This document shows positions 29,227-37,387 of a stretch of 64,000 bases of DNA, piece by piece. This DNA comes from a virus. The position numbers were made by a program, and so were the translations under genes. Position 1 is the first letter of the stretch. Every line of letters begins with the position of its first letter. The stretch spans positions 3,030 to 67,029 of the IMG/VR virus record IMGVR_UViG_3300022837_000010; one strand, 5' to 3'. Below the pieces are notes generated by a model. That model saw only the letters and a list, made by a program, of their open reading frames with translations. It was not told the origin of the DNA and ran no database searches.

Positions 29227-29921
29227 AACACAATAATTGTTACGTCTATCCAAGAACAATTCGAGAAGCAATTAACGGCGAACGTCATTATGTTGCGGGT
29301 CAAGAAAAGTTACCAAGTGTTACAACTATATTGTCTGGAACTCAAGATCCAGATAAAGCCTCTGGTTTGCTGGCTTGGAGAAATAAGATAGGAGAGGCCA
29401 ATGCTGTGAAAATAGTTGATGAGGCGGCTGCCAGGGGCACTGCTATGCATAAAATACTAGAACGTTATGTTGATGAGTCTGGTTATTTAGATATGACTAA
29501 AGTGGGCCTTAATGCACATAATATGGCTATTAGAATTATAGAACAAGGTCTATGTAATATTTCAGAATATTATGGAATAGAATGTACTTTACACTACCCT
29601 GGGTTGTATGCCGGACAGACTGATATGGTTGGAGTACATAAGGGCCAAGATGCAATTATAGATTTTAAACAAACTAATAAGCCGAAGAAAGAAGAGTGGA
29701 TAACAGATTATAAATTGCAGTTAGTGGCATATGCACTTGCACATAATTATATGCACAAAACTTCCATACAAAAAGGTGTGATTATGATGTGTTCTAAAGA
29801 TAATTATTACCAGGAATTTATTATAGAGGGTGAAGAGTTTAAAAAATACACATACAAATGGTTAGGAAAAGTAAGTGATTACTATGCAAAACGAAAAGAA
29901 CTTGACAATCATGGCTCATGA
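29223..29921 (+). CDS. PD-(D/E)XK exonuclease (MGME1/Cas4-like)
   Basis: LPSVTTIL...RGTAMH...YAGQTD...IIDFKQT...QLVAYA. Confidence 0.88.
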   Translation: MKHNNCYVYPRTIREAINGERHYVAGQEKLPSVTTILSGTQDPDKASGLLAWRNKIGEANAVKIVDEAAARGTAMHKILERYVDESGYLDMTKVGLNAHNMAIRIIEQGLCNISEYYGIECTLHYPGLYAGQTDMVGVHKGQDAIIDFKQTNKPKKEEWITDYKLQLVAYALAHNYMHKTSIQKGVIMMCSKDNYYQEFIIEGEEFKKYTYKWLGKVSDYYAKRKELDNHGS

Positions 29922-29934
29922 TTTATAATGGCCT

Positions 29935-30558
29935 ATGATTTATAAAAGAATAGTTCCTTATTATGGATACTATAGAGATAAAATTACTGTATCCTTAAAA
30001 GAGGATCCTGTTGAATGGAAAAGACAATGGACTTTTTTTAATAAAGAAAGAAAAAAAGCGTTAGATTTTAAAAATAAAGATCATATAAATAAACTGCGAC
30101 GTGAAAGACGTAAAACACCCAAAGGTGCAAAACTGTTATTTGAAGAAAATAAAAGATACAGAAAAAAACACAGGAAAAAGTTAACTGAAAAATATTTAGA
30201 GAGAAGAAGAAATGATCCATCATTTAAAATTCTAACTATTTTAAGAGGGAGAATTAAAGATGTTTTAAAAGGACATAGTAAATCAGATTCTACGATTAAT
30301 ATATTAGGTTGTACAATAGAAGAACTATGGAAACATTTAGAATCTAAATTTAAAACCGGTATGACTAGAGAAAATCATGGTGAGTGGCACGTTGATCATA
30401 TCAAACCCTGCGCTTCATTTGATTTAACAGATCCAGGACAACAAGTGATATGTTTTCATTATAGTAATTTACAACCGTTATGGGCGATAGATAATATGAG
30501 GAAAGGAAAGAAGTATGAAAAACGAAAAGAACATGCAATTACAAATGAAAAAACTTAA
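29935..30558 (+). CDS. HNH-type putative homing endonuclease
   Basis: Basic N-terminus; WHVDHIKPC...FHYSNLQPLWAIDNMRKG. Confidence 0.8.
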   Translation: MIYKRIVPYYGYYRDKITVSLKEDPVEWKRQWTFFNKERKKALDFKNKDHINKLRRERRKTPKGAKLLFEENKRYRKKHRKKLTEKYLERRRNDPSFKILTILRGRIKDVLKGHSKSDSTINILGCTIEELWKHLESKFKTGMTRENHGEWHVDHIKPCASFDLTDPGQQVICFHYSNLQPLWAIDNMRKGKKYEKRKEHAITNEKT

Positions 30559-30673
30559 CAGTTTAGCAAATGCGCTTAACAAGGCAGAGAATAAAGACAT
30601 GAAATTAATTTGGACTAAACAATGGAACAGATTAGTAAAACAATATGCAACGGAGATTACAGATGACCAGTAA
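30515..30673 (+). CDS. Small hypothetical protein (52 aa)
   Basis: RBS AAGGA; KLNSLANALNKAENKDMKLIWTKQW. Confidence 0.55.
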   Translation: MKNEKNMQLQMKKLNSLANALNKAENKDMKLIWTKQWNRLVKQYATEITDDQ

Positions 30674-31082
30674 TAATTTAGATAAAGAAACACAAATTAT
30701 AAATGGTAAAGGCGCACAGCAAAAAGGAGATTGGTGTGAATTAGTTGCTGCAGCTCATTTTAGAAAAAATAATTATCATGTATTTTATAAGATGAGCGGA
30801 CCTATTGATTTAGTATTGGTTCACCAGGAAACGGGGGAGACCAGATATATTGATGTAAAATATAAAAATACTCGTAAGAATACAAAAAATATGGGTAAAA
30901 AAATAAATAGAACTGTGAAAAGTCCCTTAAAAAATTTTATAAAAATAGAAATTATTTATGTGGGAGACGATGGTATTCCAGAAGCCTCTTATTCCAAAGG
31001 AATTAAACAATGGCATAAGGAATTTGAGTTAGAAAGAGGTGCAAATGGTTATTATACCGGTAATATTAAAAAAAGGAGATAG
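30663..31082 (+). CDS. PD-(D/E)XK endonuclease
   Basis: KGDWCELVA...GPIDLV...YIDVK. Confidence 0.75.
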   Translation: MTSNNLDKETQIINGKGAQQKGDWCELVAAAHFRKNNYHVFYKMSGPIDLVLVHQETGETRYIDVKYKNTRKNTKNMGKKINRTVKSPLKNFIKIEIIYVGDDGIPEASYSKGIKQWHKEFELERGANGYYTGNIKKRR

Positions 31083-31316
31083 ATGATGAGAGTAAGAGAT
31101 CTGCAACAATACTTAAATAAATTTACATTGGGTCAAAAAGGTACTGCGGTATCGGATTGTCCTATATTTATTGAAACCAAAGACGGAAATTTGGAAGAGA
31201 TAAGAAAAATTGAGATCCAAGAAAATTTAATAATAGGTCACCACCAATCCGGTCGAATGGTTTTAAAAACCGGGGATGTTGGAAGAATTAAATCATTGAC
31301 CTTTAAACAGAGTTAA
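31083..31316 (+). CDS. Hypothetical protein
   Basis: RBS AAGGAG; 77 aa. Confidence 0.7.
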   Translation: MMRVRDLQQYLNKFTLGQKGTAVSDCPIFIETKDGNLEEIRKIEIQENLIIGHHQSGRMVLKTGDVGRIKSLTFKQS

Positions 31317-31349
31317 GAAGTTCTGCCAGAACATGGGGCTGAAGCGAGA

Positions 31350-31916
31350 GTGGAAGCCCCATTAAAAAACATAAAGGATAAAATGATAAAAGTACAAGTT
31401 ACGGATGAGTTAGAAGAATATGCAAAAAAAATTACAGCTTCAAAAAATTTTGGGATGAGAGCCGCCGGTTTTAATGGTAATACACAAAAGCAAACCACGG
31501 GCATCATGGGAGAATTAGCGGTTTATAAATTATTAGATAAACCTTTCCCAACTTACGAAGAATTTAGTTTTGGAGATATAGAAATTAACGGTAAACAAGT
31601 AGATATAAAAACTAGAAGGTCCTCTAATTCTTATATGAGACCCGGTTGGCCCCATAATCTTGTTAAACATCAACTAACACATCTAGTAGAGGTTGTATTA
31701 TTTCTTAACTATAACGCCGGTCAGCGAACCATGGAGATTGATGGTTGGTTAACTAAAGAAGCTATTATAAAAAATTTAGACTTATGGTCTAAAGCTAAAG
31801 GACAATCTTCAATCCGAGATGATGGGACGCGCCTAAAGATGTTAACGAACAATATTGAAGTTCCAACGGAAGCGGTTAACAAACTAAATAGCGTTGAGGA
31901 ACTACAAAATATCTAA
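31350..31916 (+). CDS. Restriction-endonuclease-like PD-(D/E)XK protein
   Basis: GIMGELAV...GDIEING.QVDIKT. Confidence 0.6.
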   Translation: MEAPLKNIKDKMIKVQVTDELEEYAKKITASKNFGMRAAGFNGNTQKQTTGIMGELAVYKLLDKPFPTYEEFSFGDIEINGKQVDIKTRRSSNSYMRPGWPHNLVKHQLTHLVEVVLFLNYNAGQRTMEIDGWLTKEAIIKNLDLWSKAKGQSSIRDDGTRLKMLTNNIEVPTEAVNKLNSVEELQNI

Positions 31917-31927
31917 TATACAATTAG

Positions 31928-32253
31928 TGTGACTAATTTATCACAGAGTGTGATAAAATTGTCACAAATAGTTAATCTCGGACAGCGGATCAAATATTAT
32001 GGACTATTGACCGCGGACCGTGGATCGTTTTACGCCAAAAAACGGCAATTGTTCCACTATAAGAGAAATGTTGGGGGCATTGTTTTTTTTTTCTATCGTG
32101 AATTAGTAGGTGGCACAGTGGCACAAAGGCTAAATTTAGCTTATTAGTGTTGGTACTGTTGACGAATAGGTGTGCCATTGGTCTGTTTTATGGTGGCACA
32201 TCATGGCACACTTGACAGTATACTTGAATAGTAGACGATTTAGTGGTGGCACA
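31928..32253. repeat. Palindromes plus TGGCACA iteron-like cluster (candidate origin)
   Basis: TGTGA-N8-TCACA at 31928 and 31949; TGGCACA at 32111, 32119, 32171 (inverted), 32194, 32204, 32247. Confidence 0.6.
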
Positions 32254-32428
32254 GTACTAAAAGAGGGGTAAGGGTATGCAAATAGTGCATAGATAGTAAA
32301 GTAATATATGGAATTAGTGTTGATTATATTGACTTTTTGCTGTTTTGAGAAACCCAATAGCCAAAAAATAATTTTATTTTCAAAAAAAAAATAATTGCTC
32401 CAAAATCTCCCTTATAGTATAAGTAGAT

Positions 32429-32749
32429 ATGCCAAAAAAAAGAGTTAAAAATAGAAAAACTATTCCTTTGAATACAAAATCTCTGGGCGATGATATATCT
32501 GCCTATCCATTTGTGGAGATTCAATGGTTAGACATCGAGGGTGATGCGGGGTGGAGTAGTACAAAAGATTTAAAAAAAGAAAAATTACCCATCTGTGTTT
32601 CTAAAGGTTATCTATTAAGTCAAAGCAAAGGTATTACTAGAATATTTACTGATTATATTTTAAATAAAGATAAACCTACATTTGACACTATAGGTAATAC
32701 TTGTATAATTCCGACAGCAGTTATACAATCAATTAAAAAATTACATTAA
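32429..32749 (+). CDS. Conserved phage hypothetical protein (possible Sm/SH3-like fold)
   Basis: VEIQWLD...AGW...CVSKGYL...IIPTAVIQSI. Confidence 0.7.
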   Translation: MPKKRVKNRKTIPLNTKSLGDDISAYPFVEIQWLDIEGDAGWSSTKDLKKEKLPICVSKGYLLSQSKGITRIFTDYILNKDKPTFDTIGNTCIIPTAVIQSIKKLH

Positions 32750-32859
32750 TGAATTACTTAATTAAAATAAAAGACATAGCAGAAAACTTTTGCATCGAGC
32801 ATCCATTAATGGTTGCTTTTGGTGTAGGATTTATTCTAGGTGGTTTAATTATTTCATGA
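32749..32859 (+). CDS. Small membrane peptide (36 aa)
   Basis: HPLMVAFGVGFILGGLII; coupled start/stop. Confidence 0.55.
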   Translation: MNYLIKIKDIAENFCIEHPLMVAFGVGFILGGLIIS

Positions 32860-33005
32860 CAAAAAAAACTGGACTATATGCAAACATCCATGCCAAGCGT
32901 GCTAGGATTGCAGCAGGCTCTAATGAAAAAATGAGAAAACCTGGAGCTAAAGGTGCACCAACTGCTAAACAATTTAAAAAAGCGGCAAAGACTGCTAAAG
33001 CGTAA
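32856..33005 (+). CDS. Small Lys/Ala-rich basic protein (49 aa)
   Basis: MTKKTGLYANIHAKRARI...MRKPGAKGAPTAKQFKKAAKTAKA. Confidence 0.75.
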   Translation: MTKKTGLYANIHAKRARIAAGSNEKMRKPGAKGAPTAKQFKKAAKTAKA

Positions 33006-33169
33006 TGCCATTCAAATCAGATAAACAAAGAAAATATCTATATGCTAAAAAACCTAATGTTGCAGAAAAATTTTCAAAAGATTCAAAAAGAAAAGGTGGA
33101 TCTATTAAAAAGAAAACTCACAAAATGCCCGACGGTACAATAATGAAAGGGGCAAAACATCCGAAATGA
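33005..33169 (+). CDS. Small Lys-rich basic protein (54 aa, not in track)
   Basis: MPFKSDKQRKYLYAKKP...RKGGSIKKKTHKMPDGTIMKGAKHPK. Confidence 0.7.
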   Translation: MPFKSDKQRKYLYAKKPNVAEKFSKDSKRKGGSIKKKTHKMPDGTIMKGAKHPK

Positions 33170-33321
33170 CAAAAAATCCAACACTAACGAAGAATATGCT
33201 AAATGTTAAATGGAACGAAATACCTCCGGTTAAAGGCCCAGATTCACAAGGAATTAAAACAGCTATCGAAAAACCAAGAAAATATAAGACAATTCTTACA
33301 GTTTCAAAACCGAAGACTTAA
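33166..33321 (+). CDS. Small basic protein (51 aa, not in track)
   Basis: MTKNPTL...IPPVKGPDSQGIK...; ATGA overlap. Confidence 0.6.
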   Translation: MTKNPTLTKNMLNVKWNEIPPVKGPDSQGIKTAIEKPRKYKTILTVSKPKT

Positions 33322-33878
33322 TTTAATTTCTTTATATTTTTGTATTTTACAGTTTCCTCTGATTGTTCTTCTACTTCTGTTTCTTCTATAGTATTTTCTT
33401 CTATAACTGTTTCTTGAATTACATCTACTGCAGTACCATCTATAATATCTTTATGATCTTTTAGAATATCTTTCATTCTTTCTTCTAATTCTTGTTCTGT
33501 TAGTTTATCTATACTGCCTGTTAAAATTAATTTTTGGTCTACATATAGACCTCCAGCCTTGCCTCTTGCTACCTCTGCATTTACTGCGGCACTCCAGGCC
33601 CCTTTTGCCAGCGCTTGGTCTCTAATCTTGGCTAGCTCGCTCACATGCCTATTAAAATCAATACCATACTTCTCTTGAACTTCTGCTCGCAACTCCCCTA
33701 TATATCTTACAACCAATGGTGAGTATTTAGGATTTCGTAGCTCGCTTGCGGCTTGACGGGGTCTAGTCTTATAACCTGCTTCCTTTGCACATTCTGCAGG
33801 AGACATACGCCCTTCATTATAAACTAGCAATTCTGCGAATTTAATTTGTCTTTCAGTTAATTTAGCCGGTACACCCAT
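33318..33878 (-). CDS. terS: Terminase small subunit
   Basis: LTERQIKFA...CAKEAGYK...ASEL HTH; AAVNAEVARGKAGGLY. Confidence 0.8.
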   Translation of the reverse strand: MGVPAKLTERQIKFAELLVYNEGRMSPAECAKEAGYKTRPRQAASELRNPKYSPLVVRYIGELRAEVQEKYGIDFNRHVSELAKIRDQALAKGAWSAAVNAEVARGKAGGLYVDQKLILTGSIDKLTEQELEERMKDILKDHKDIIDGTAVDVIQETVIEENTIEETEVEEQSEETVKYKNIKKLN

Positions 33879-33914
33879 GCTTGACTTATATCGTACATTG
33901 GCGTATAAATCAAG

Positions 33915-33997
33915 TCACATTAGTAATATTGAATTAGGGGGTGGCTTACTAACTACCTTACATCACGTAATTGGTACGGATACTGACCCCCTTTTTT
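33915..33997 (+). ncRNA. Candidate small RNA
   Basis: TTGACT-17-TATAAA (33881..33909); AGGGGGT/ACCCCCT closing stem plus T6 tract; no ORF. Confidence 0.4.
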
Positions 33998-34235
33998 ATT
34001 CTAAATGTTGATCCCACGCATCTTTTATTTCTTTTTTTAAATTGTAAAGTGCACTTGGATTTTCATCATTAACTAGTTTAATTAAAATATCATCTATCCA
34101 ATTTTCATAATCATCACCTAACCAATACTGCACCATATCTTTATTAACTGCTCGCTCGCTTGCTCGCTTGCTCGCTCTCTCACCTTCTCTATATCTCTCT
34201 GCACTTGCGCCCGTGTTCCAATGTTTTATTGTCAT
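33996..34235 (-). CDS. Hypothetical early protein
   Basis: RBS AAGGA; contains GAGC repeat translated as ERASKRASERA. Confidence 0.65.
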   Translation of the reverse strand: MTIKHWNTGASAERYREGERASKRASERAVNKDMVQYWLGDDYENWIDDILIKLVNDENPSALYNLKKEIKDAWDQHLE

Positions 34236-34248
34236 GTTATCCTTTCTT

Positions 34249-34446
34249 TTAGATTTCATTTAGATCGGCAAAGTCATAATACCAATCACCTTCTTGATTA
34301 TCATTTTTATGTATATCTAATTTACCATCACTGTGCATTTGTTCAGCTACCTTAACAGCGTCCTTCTCATTTTTTGCCATAACATCTGCATAGTACCAAT
34401 GATCTTGTGTCATTCTTACTGTGTAGGGTTTAAGTTTATTTTTCAT
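34249..34446 (-). CDS. Hypothetical early protein
   Basis: RBS GAGGAG; YYADVMAKNEKDAVKVA. Confidence 0.7.
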   Translation of the reverse strand: MKNKLKPYTVRMTQDHWYYADVMAKNEKDAVKVAEQMHSDGKLDIHKNDNQEGDWYYDFADLNEI

Positions 34447-34447
34447 A

Positions 34448-34612
34448 TTACTTCTCCTCTATTATTTTAATTATTTCTTTAAATTCCAAATTAATATCTT
34501 CCATATTATTATCCCAATCATAATCAGCATTAATTTTACAAATTTCTAATACTTGATTTAATTTTTTTTCTAAATTATCAATTTGTTTTATATTTTCTAG
34601 CCCTTCGTTCAT
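34448..34612 (-). CDS. Hypothetical early protein (54 aa, not in track)
   Basis: AGAAAGGATAATATG; MNEGLENIKQIDNLEKKL... Confidence 0.6.
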   Translation of the reverse strand: MNEGLENIKQIDNLEKKLNQVLEICKINADYDWDNNMEDINLEFKEIIKIIEEK

Positions 34613-34613
34613 A

Positions 34614-34787
34614 TTATCCTTTCTGCTCGCTCGCTTGTTGGTTTATTAATTTTAATTTAAGTTTGTATAATTTACCTAAATACATTTTATCTTTTATTGG
34701 ATATTCATAAGAACACATATTAAATTGATCGTAATAACTTTCAATATCATCTATTTTTTTATCTAATTGTTTTATTGTTAATGACAC
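34614..34787 (-). CDS. Hypothetical early protein (57 aa, GTG start, not in track)
   Basis: AGAGAGGATAATGTG; MSLTIKQLDKKIDDIESYY... Confidence 0.55.
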   Translation of the reverse strand: MSLTIKQLDKKIDDIESYYDQFNMCSYEYPIKDKMYLGKLYKLKLKLINQQASEQKG

Positions 34788-34811
34788 ATTATCCTCTCTA
34801 TTTGTTGGTTA

Positions 34812-35078
34812 TTATAAGTTATCAAATGTTTTTTTAATATTTCTTAACTGCGCCTTAAGTTTTGCATTTTCTTTTGATATTCTTGTGATTATTTCATCAT
34901 CTGCTAGTTCATCTTTTAATTGACGTCTTATATAATGGGTAAAATGCATATCCCCATGTTTAATATCTTCTCCCTTACTTTCGGAATAGGTCTCATCCTC
35001 CAAAAATTCCGCAATATCGCAAGGCGTTTTTTTATTTGTGAAGTGTTTTTCTATTTCTATTATGTCTTTTAGTTTCAT
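34812..35078 (-). CDS. Hypothetical early protein
   Basis: AGAGAGGATAATATG; YSESKGEDIKHGDMH. Confidence 0.7.
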   Translation of the reverse strand: MKLKDIIEIEKHFTNKKTPCDIAEFLEDETYSESKGEDIKHGDMHFTHYIRRQLKDELADDEIITRISKENAKLKAQLRNIKKTFDNL

Positions 35079-35269
35079 ATTATCCTCTCTGCTTGCTCGC
35101 TCGCTCGCTCGCTTGTTAGTTTTTTTGCTCGCTCGCTCGCTTGTTAATTTTAGGGGATGAGCTACGCCAACGTGTGGCGACTTCTTTTACAACGCCTGCA
35201 GGCGTCAACTCGTTTTCCCCATTATTTAATTTAAGGTACAACTGATTTGAAACCTTAAATAAAATTCTT

Positions 35270-35947
35270 TTAGTGTATACCATACTCAATATTTTTAATT
35301 TCAGGCTTCCAACATGCGCGACAGCTCCCGCAATGTCCTAAATCAAGTTGTTTTTTATCTTTTTTTGTAAATTTTTTATATTTATTAATGCCGTGAATTT
35401 TACCCGTTTTATCAGTTCTATAAGCCCCGCAACTTTTTAAAGAAGGCTTGCTTGTCACTGTCGAAGTATTATTCCAGGAATCCGCGCCCACCTGGTCAAC
35501 CATAGGCATTGAAAAACGTACTACTAAATTTTTAGGCGCTTTAGATATATAAGGTTTTACCCAGGCTTCTCGAGTTGGTAACCAATGTAAAATATCAGGC
35601 GTTAATTTAGCAACTTTATATATTTTGGCCAGGTGTTTTAAACTTTGTAAATCCCCGCTATCATGCCACCTAAATATTTTTGTTTTTTTAGAATTAATTA
35701 ATAGGGCCATTGCTTCAACCCATTTAATATTTTTAATAGAATTTAAACGTCTATATTGAGCGTCCTGGACTATAGGAAAAACATAACAACCTTTTAAGGC
35801 ATAACAACCAAAACAAGTTGACCCTTTAATTTTACGTAATTTTTTACCCGTTTTACATTCTTTGGCGGGTATACCATAAGCCCACCCAGGCATTTTTGAA
35901 GGTTTTGCAAGCCCACCCACAAGGGCCCAGGCTTCTCTAGTATTCAT
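35270..35947 (-). CDS. GP88-like Fe-S (radical-SAM-like) protein
   Basis: SKMPG...C...CFGCYA...FRWHDSGD...CGSCRACW. Confidence 0.8.
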   Translation of the reverse strand: MNTREAWALVGGLAKPSKMPGWAYGIPAKECKTGKKLRKIKGSTCFGCYALKGCYVFPIVQDAQYRRLNSIKNIKWVEAMALLINSKKTKIFRWHDSGDLQSLKHLAKIYKVAKLTPDILHWLPTREAWVKPYISKAPKNLVVRFSMPMVDQVGADSWNNTSTVTSKPSLKSCGAYRTDKTGKIHGINKYKKFTKKDKKQLDLGHCGSCRACWKPEIKNIEYGIH

Positions 35948-35949
35948 AA

Positions 35950-36114
35950 TTAGTTCTCCATACAATCATCACAGTAACGGCCGTCTCTTTTACTTCTATT
36001 TTTATAAATGTAATTATTGCAACTTCTACAATTTACAAAAATATCGCCTTCTTTACTGTCATCTTTTTTGTTAGTTTTAATTTGTTTTTTTTCAATTCTT
36101 ATTTCTTTAAACAT
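35950..36114 (-). CDS. Small zinc-finger protein
   Basis: CRSC...YCDDC; promoter TTGACT-17-TATATA immediately upstream. Confidence 0.6.
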   Translation of the reverse strand: MFKEIRIEKKQIKTNKKDDSKEGDIFVNCRSCNNYIYKNRSKRDGRYCDDCMEN

Positions 36115-36119
36115 ATATC

Positions 36120-36212
36120 TTATATAATCCCATAATATCAATTAGTCAACCCCTTTTTTATTTTTATTTCTATTGACTTGTATTTAAATATATTGTTATA
36201 TTGTCCCATAAT
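36120..36212. promoter_or_regulatory. Divergent sigma70 promoters with TCCCATA motifs
   Basis: Minus: TTGACT-17-TATATA; plus: TTGACT-18-TATATT. Confidence 0.6.
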
Positions 36213-36236
36213 AACAATTAATAAAAAGGTGTAAAT

Positions 36237-36428
36237 ATGAAACTAAATAAACTAATACAAAAAATAAATAAAGAAATGGCACCCCCCGAAGGGTGGACGC
36301 CCGAAGCCAAAGAAGGCGCAAAAATTGCAGGGTCAATTGGCTTAAGTCTTGACGACCTGGACGACAGTGGAGATATGGCCGAAGAGTTAGAAAAAATTAT
36401 GAATCCAGATAGTGATTTATATAATTAA
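36237..36428 (+). CDS. Hypothetical acidic protein
   Basis: RBS AAGGTG; 63 aa. Confidence 0.65.
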   Translation: MKLNKLIQKINKEMAPPEGWTPEAKEGAKIAGSIGLSLDDLDDSGDMAEELEKIMNPDSDLYN

Positions 36429-36445
36429 CCAACCAATAGGATAAC

Positions 36446-36643
36446 ATGAAATATATAATAATAAATAAATGGCAACTAAAAGGTGTTAAACCTCAATACT
36501 ATTTAAGAGAAGTAATTGAAGACCTTGACACAGCTAACAAAAAATTAAAAGCTCATAGAATTATTGAAAGCGCCGAAGAGCATAGTTTTTACATCGTCCC
36601 GTTTGACGAAAGCGTTCTTTTATTAGATAAACAAGTTGCGTAA
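36446..36643 (+). CDS. Hypothetical protein
   Basis: RBS AGGA; 65 aa. Confidence 0.65.
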   Translation: MKYIIINKWQLKGVKPQYYLREVIEDLDTANKKLKAHRIIESAEEHSFYIVPFDESVLLLDKQVA

Positions 36644-36682
36644 ATTTGACTATTTTGGTTTTACTGTATATACAAGTGTACG

Positions 36683-37051
36683 GTGAAACCAGAACAAAAA
36701 TTATATCATTTATTCAAAAAAAACTGTCCTGAAATACTGATTACACGGCTTGAATTATATTCCGCGCCAGGTGTCAGTGATTTACTATTATATAATAAGC
36801 TCAACGGTTTTTCTTTATTAGAGCTTAAAATACAAACAGGCAATAAAATTAAATTTAGCCCACACCAGATACTATTCCACACCACCAGAAATAAACGTAA
36901 TTATATTCTAGTTCAAACCGCAAGCGGTTCACGGTCAATGGTAAAACTTTACAGCTCTAAAAGTATCCAGGCCCTGGCCCTCGACCCGCGCGACGCCACC
37001 CCGCTAGCCGTGAATGATTGGCAAAAAATAGAAAAAATTTTAATCAGTTAA
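36683..37051 (+). CDS. VRR-NUC / Holliday-junction-resolvase-like nuclease
   Basis: PGVSDLL...LLELK...FSPHQILF. Confidence 0.75.
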   Translation: MKPEQKLYHLFKKNCPEILITRLELYSAPGVSDLLLYNKLNGFSLLELKIQTGNKIKFSPHQILFHTTRNKRNYILVQTASGSRSMVKLYSSKSIQALALDPRDATPLAVNDWQKIEKILIS

Positions 37052-37060
37052 TCAAACCGA

Positions 37061-37214
37061 GGCCCGCGCTCAACCGCACCTGGACGCCCTCAACAGCCCT
37101 CAACAGCCCTCAACAGCACCCAACAGCACCCAACCACAACGGCCCGCGCTCCATGTTTCACGTGTCAATGTGGCATAACCGCGCACCGCTATATGTTGTG
37201 TCAATGTGGCATAA
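37061..37214. repeat. GC-rich repeat patch
   Basis: 10-bp tandem CAACAGC(C/A)C(T/C) x4.5 (37091..37135) bracketed by GGCCCGCGCTC (37061, 37141); GTGTCAATGTGGCATAA at 37162 and 37198. Confidence 0.9.
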
Positions 37215-37353
37215 TGACGCGCGATGATTTGTCGCAGGCTTGTGACCTTCGGGCCCACCCACCCATTTAAAAAATAAAAAACACGGCTCGCGCACAGGTT
37301 GTGCTTGTGACCTACGGGCCCACTCCCCCCCAAAAATGAAAAAAATTAAGATA

Positions 37354-37380
37354 AAAAAAGGGGGCTAAAAAGCCCCCTTT
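37354..37380 (-). terminator. Intrinsic terminator
   Basis: AAAGGGGGCT-AAA-AGCCCCCTTT-like stem with T-tract on minus strand, after gene 37388..37651. Confidence 0.75.
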
Positions 37381-37387
37381 AAATTGG

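Larger units (their letters stand above)
34150..35143. repeat. Four (GCTY)n tetranucleotide tracts
   Basis: 34150..34177, 34625..34637, 35091..35115, 35127..35143; all same orientation. Confidence 0.9.

Noticed and set aside
31928-31966. CRP sites
   Set aside because: Spacer is N8, not the N6 of TGTGA-N6-TCACA
32111-32253. TGGCAC as sigma54 promoters
   Set aside because: No TTGC -12 element at the required spacing; clustered and inverted copies fit iterons better
31929-32524. Short ORFs in the putative origin gap
   Set aside because: Overlapping on both strands, no RBS, atypical composition
35091-35143. AAV Rep-binding element (GCTC)n
   Set aside because: No HUH Rep gene or ITR; resemblance treated as coincidental
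37018-37333. ORFs 37018+, 37100- and 39638-
   Set aside because: Translations of the GC-rich repeats (shared GGPVGH), without RBS
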